Part shown: piece by piece, positions 63,101-64,000 of the stretch
How positions within the stretch are numbered: the first letter of the stretch is position 1
How the letters are laid out: every line of letters begins with the position of its first letter
Assembly: GCA_041554135.1 (NCBI GenBank)
Contig: JBFFML010000008.1
Location: forward strand, 1,119 to 65,118
Origin: Thermoplasmata archaeon
Lineage (GTDB): Archaea > Thermoplasmatota > Thermoplasmata > UBA10834
DNA length: 64,000 nucleotides
Direction: 5' to 3'
Notes under the pieces: generated by a model
The model's database searches: none
Seen by the model: the letters and a program-made list of their open reading frames with translations, nothing else
Told to the model about the DNA's origin: nothing
Translations under genes and position numbers: made by a program

Positions 63101-64000
63101 GACAGCCCGTACGTCTACAACCTCCGATACTACATCGCCGACGTGGACAACGACCTCGAGGAGCTCTCGCTGTCCATCGACGACGCGAGCTCGCAGTACG
63201 TCACCGTCGACGCCGAGAGGCTGTCGCTCGTGATGGAGTATCCTGAGGAGCTCATCGACACGACGCAGGGTGTCGTCGTGACCGTCAGCGACGGCGAACT
63301 CTCGAGCTCCACGCCCATCAGCGTGACGGTCGCGGAGGACGACGTGCCGGTGCTCCTGCGCAGCCTCCCCGCCATCATCATGATGCAGGGGGACGCCCTC
63401 ATCAACGTGTTCGACCTCGACGAGTACTTCATGGACACAGACGACGAGGAGCTGCACTACACGGCCGGGCAGGCGCATGTGGTCATCGACATAAACGAGG
63501 ACAACGAGGTGAGCGTGTACGCCCCGATGGACTGGTCGGGCGAGGAGTACGTCGTGTTCAGCGCCGCCGACCCGCGGGGCGCCCGCGCCGAGGACGCCGT
63601 CGCGATGACGGTCCTGCCGGTCAACCAGCCGCCCTGGATCGCCGGCCTGCCGGACCTCCAGGTGCGCTACGACAAGGTGTTCGAGTTCGACACGAGCCCT
63701 TACATAGGCGACGTCGGCGGCGACATCGCCTCGCTCACGATAAGCACGGACGACTCGCACATAGCCGTCCTGGACAAGGTGCTGTCGATGATGTACCCGC
63801 AGACGATGCAAGGCATGACGGTGAAGGTCAACATAACCGTGTCCGACGGGGAGCTCGTCGACGTGTGGGTCATCAACGTGACCGTGACGGACAACAACCC
63901 GCCCGAGTCGCTCGGGCCGCCGGACCACACGTTCCCCGAGGACTGGCCCCAGGACTACTCCAACTCGTCCGGCCTCGGGCTCGACGAGTGGTTCCACGAC
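60110..64000 (+). CDS. Giant secreted/surface protein (>1297 aa, 3' end beyond window): DNRLRE-like domain, concanavalin-like domain, tandem cadherin/Ig-like repeats
   Basis: Absent from the ORF track because there is no stop in the window. Hand translation from ATG 60110 is open to base 64000 in frame: MSERSTERSRSFASPIALLFAAMMLAPLLALAP (signal/anchor). It continues with DSYISEESTTVNYGAERSLRIDSETDKAYRMLLRFNFTGVPSGAYINDATLDLYL..HEVTWNRA and PEWLWLNNP..VTGDFEATLSLME..DAGILVMENEASWLSI. From about 62755 there are at least 5 modules of about 95 aa, ending in VNDAPT / EDDVPV / VNQPPW / DNNPPE. Many N-x-S/T sequons are present. Confidence 0.8.
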   Translation, partial: MSERSTERSRSFASPIALLFAAMMLAPLLALAPYISSDPVDTDNVDYTRTVAWDMDTPGDYSLSGMIVADGEASLAMVNESKTEDSAEDYASGTQANLDTDYVPGSIILDETSSFTTTVTLQPDAAAGEDSYISEESTTVNYGAERSLRIDSETDKAYRMLLRFNFTGVPSGAYINDATLDLYLTPGAKGDDIVYGIHALNTSFDEHEVTWNRATISKPWDTPGGDFSSAPYSVGVIDSQANWKSFVITNLVEGWIRETIANNGMIFVPEEGADDSLKEFYSSDETSWTTNTPKLTINYTVQGNEGAYESAPLGPGTNSTFTSMNWSNGTVSFASDEFSESPLSPEWLWLNNPLTQGGSYNVGVTLPGWLYVVGSPNSVNVDTSVEANYMYQKVTGDFEATLSLMEYFTVDYMDAGILVMENEASWLSIAKADDDANGKIEVVLCQDGVSGVVATLPWPDLATAHLKIVRNSTGFWLSAGTDGQSWTDVHHHEPPVAMALKVMVGLFVASDSGAQPNVAFDFLRIEPLAEPVFQIMVRTGNSTSLSDPSWTDWSSPLVEGEPLPNVICKYFRYRVYLSCLKEWYTPCFSGMTAHWERFSPTGSIETADYLAPDFSSWLSFSADHNDSQGRVNYSFSTDGGATWNYITSGAYSPMASLEPSIRVRADVMAYDTLATPTISSIRLTYGTALSTFYIEAPSVVTVGDEFPVEIWAKNSENKTTTQLTGAISLHAMDSMGLHDASDELQVTSWLIASAGHALISSQRYLTAETITIQVRQDNVTGLSAPITFLPGPMAAVHILPYDADSILEGTTMTLEGLATDVYGNEVPDAEFSWTITEGLGELSSTTGSSVVFYPAEAHSTGYINISSGGFTESRFFTVECIGHPPVFVSAIPDQAAVEDGPTWTYDLDPHVYDAGDGIEDLRWYVTGESLVTASNENKTGHMTLTLTPKPDLYGHDVLDLFVVDSEGESAWTQVVVDIEPVNDAPTISEIKPLVVDFDSPYVYNLRYYIADVDNDLEELSLSIDDASSQYVTVDAERLSLVMEYPEELIDTTQGVVVTVSDGELSSSTPISVTVAEDDVPVLLRSLPAIIMMQGDALINVFDLDEYFMDTDDEELHYTAGQAHVVIDINEDNEVSVYAPMDWSGEEYVVFSAADPRGARAEDAVAMTVLPVNQPPWIAGLPDLQVRYDKVFEFDTSPYIGDVGGDIASLTISTDDSHIAVLDKVLSMMYPQTMQGMTVKVNITVSDGELVDVWVINVTVTDNNPPESLGPPDHTFPEDWPQDYSNSSGLGLDEWFHD

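Noticed and set aside
60265-63997. Track ORFs in 60-64 kb (e.g. 62705..63997 minus 430 aa, 62174..62683 minus, 61480..61983 plus)
   Set aside because: All overlap the single continuous plus-strand frame 60110..64000, which has real domain architecture. The listed ORFs have off-frame composition.
1-64000. tRNA/rRNA genes, IS elements, prophage, toxin-antitoxin or known defence systems
   Set aside because: Scanning by eye found no T-arm (GGTTCGAAT-type) contexts with matching stems, no rRNA-like stretches, no transposase, integrase or Cas-like ORFs, and no terminal inverted repeats. My ability to detect these without tools is limited.

Overview
This is a visibly GC-rich archaeal chromosomal segment. 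The archaeal hallmarks are topoisomerase VI A/B, a DRG/TGS GTPase, a COG1340-type coiled-coil protein, and TATA-box plus Shine-Dalgarno (SD) signals. The taxon cannot be fixed from sequence alone. The gene content suggests an anaerobic, peptide/amino-acid-using and methylated-amine-using euryarchaeon, possibly Thermoplasmata-like (inference).

I support 53 protein-coding genes. I recognised no rRNA, tRNA, CRISPR array, transposase or integrase.

Gene content:
- Housekeeping: gdhA, hisS, top6A/B, arcC, a DRG GTPase and an SSB.
- Redox and oxidative stress: a GlcD-FeS fusion, a glutamate-synthase-like protein, superoxide reductase, rubrerythrin and OsmC.
- Methyl transfer: three uninterrupted (TAG-free) MttB-superfamily methyltransferases. 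Two of them flank a DxHxxG corrinoid protein at 51.3-55.3 kb, next to a binding-protein/histidine-kinase bicistron.
- Cell envelope, 28-41 kb: a lamin-tail-domain surface protein with a 12-bp tandem repeat and a PEF-like C-terminal anchor, a TPR membrane protein, zinc-ribbon membrane proteins, two FtsX/MacB-type permeases with no ATPase gene nearby, and a clostripain-like protease.
- A translationally coupled operon of cysteine hydrolase, FAD oxidoreductase and radical SAM protein.
- A surface protein of more than 1297 aa that runs off the 3' edge.

Limits of the ORF track:
- It is dominated by long spurious alternate-frame and antisense ORFs, as expected in GC-rich DNA.
- It misses both edge-truncated genes (1..1233 minus strand, 60110..64000 plus strand).
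- It over-extends many N-termini because it accepts any ATG, GTG or TTG. I re-placed starts by hand where an SD or homology pattern supported it.

All functional calls rest on motif and family recognition by eye. No database search was run.
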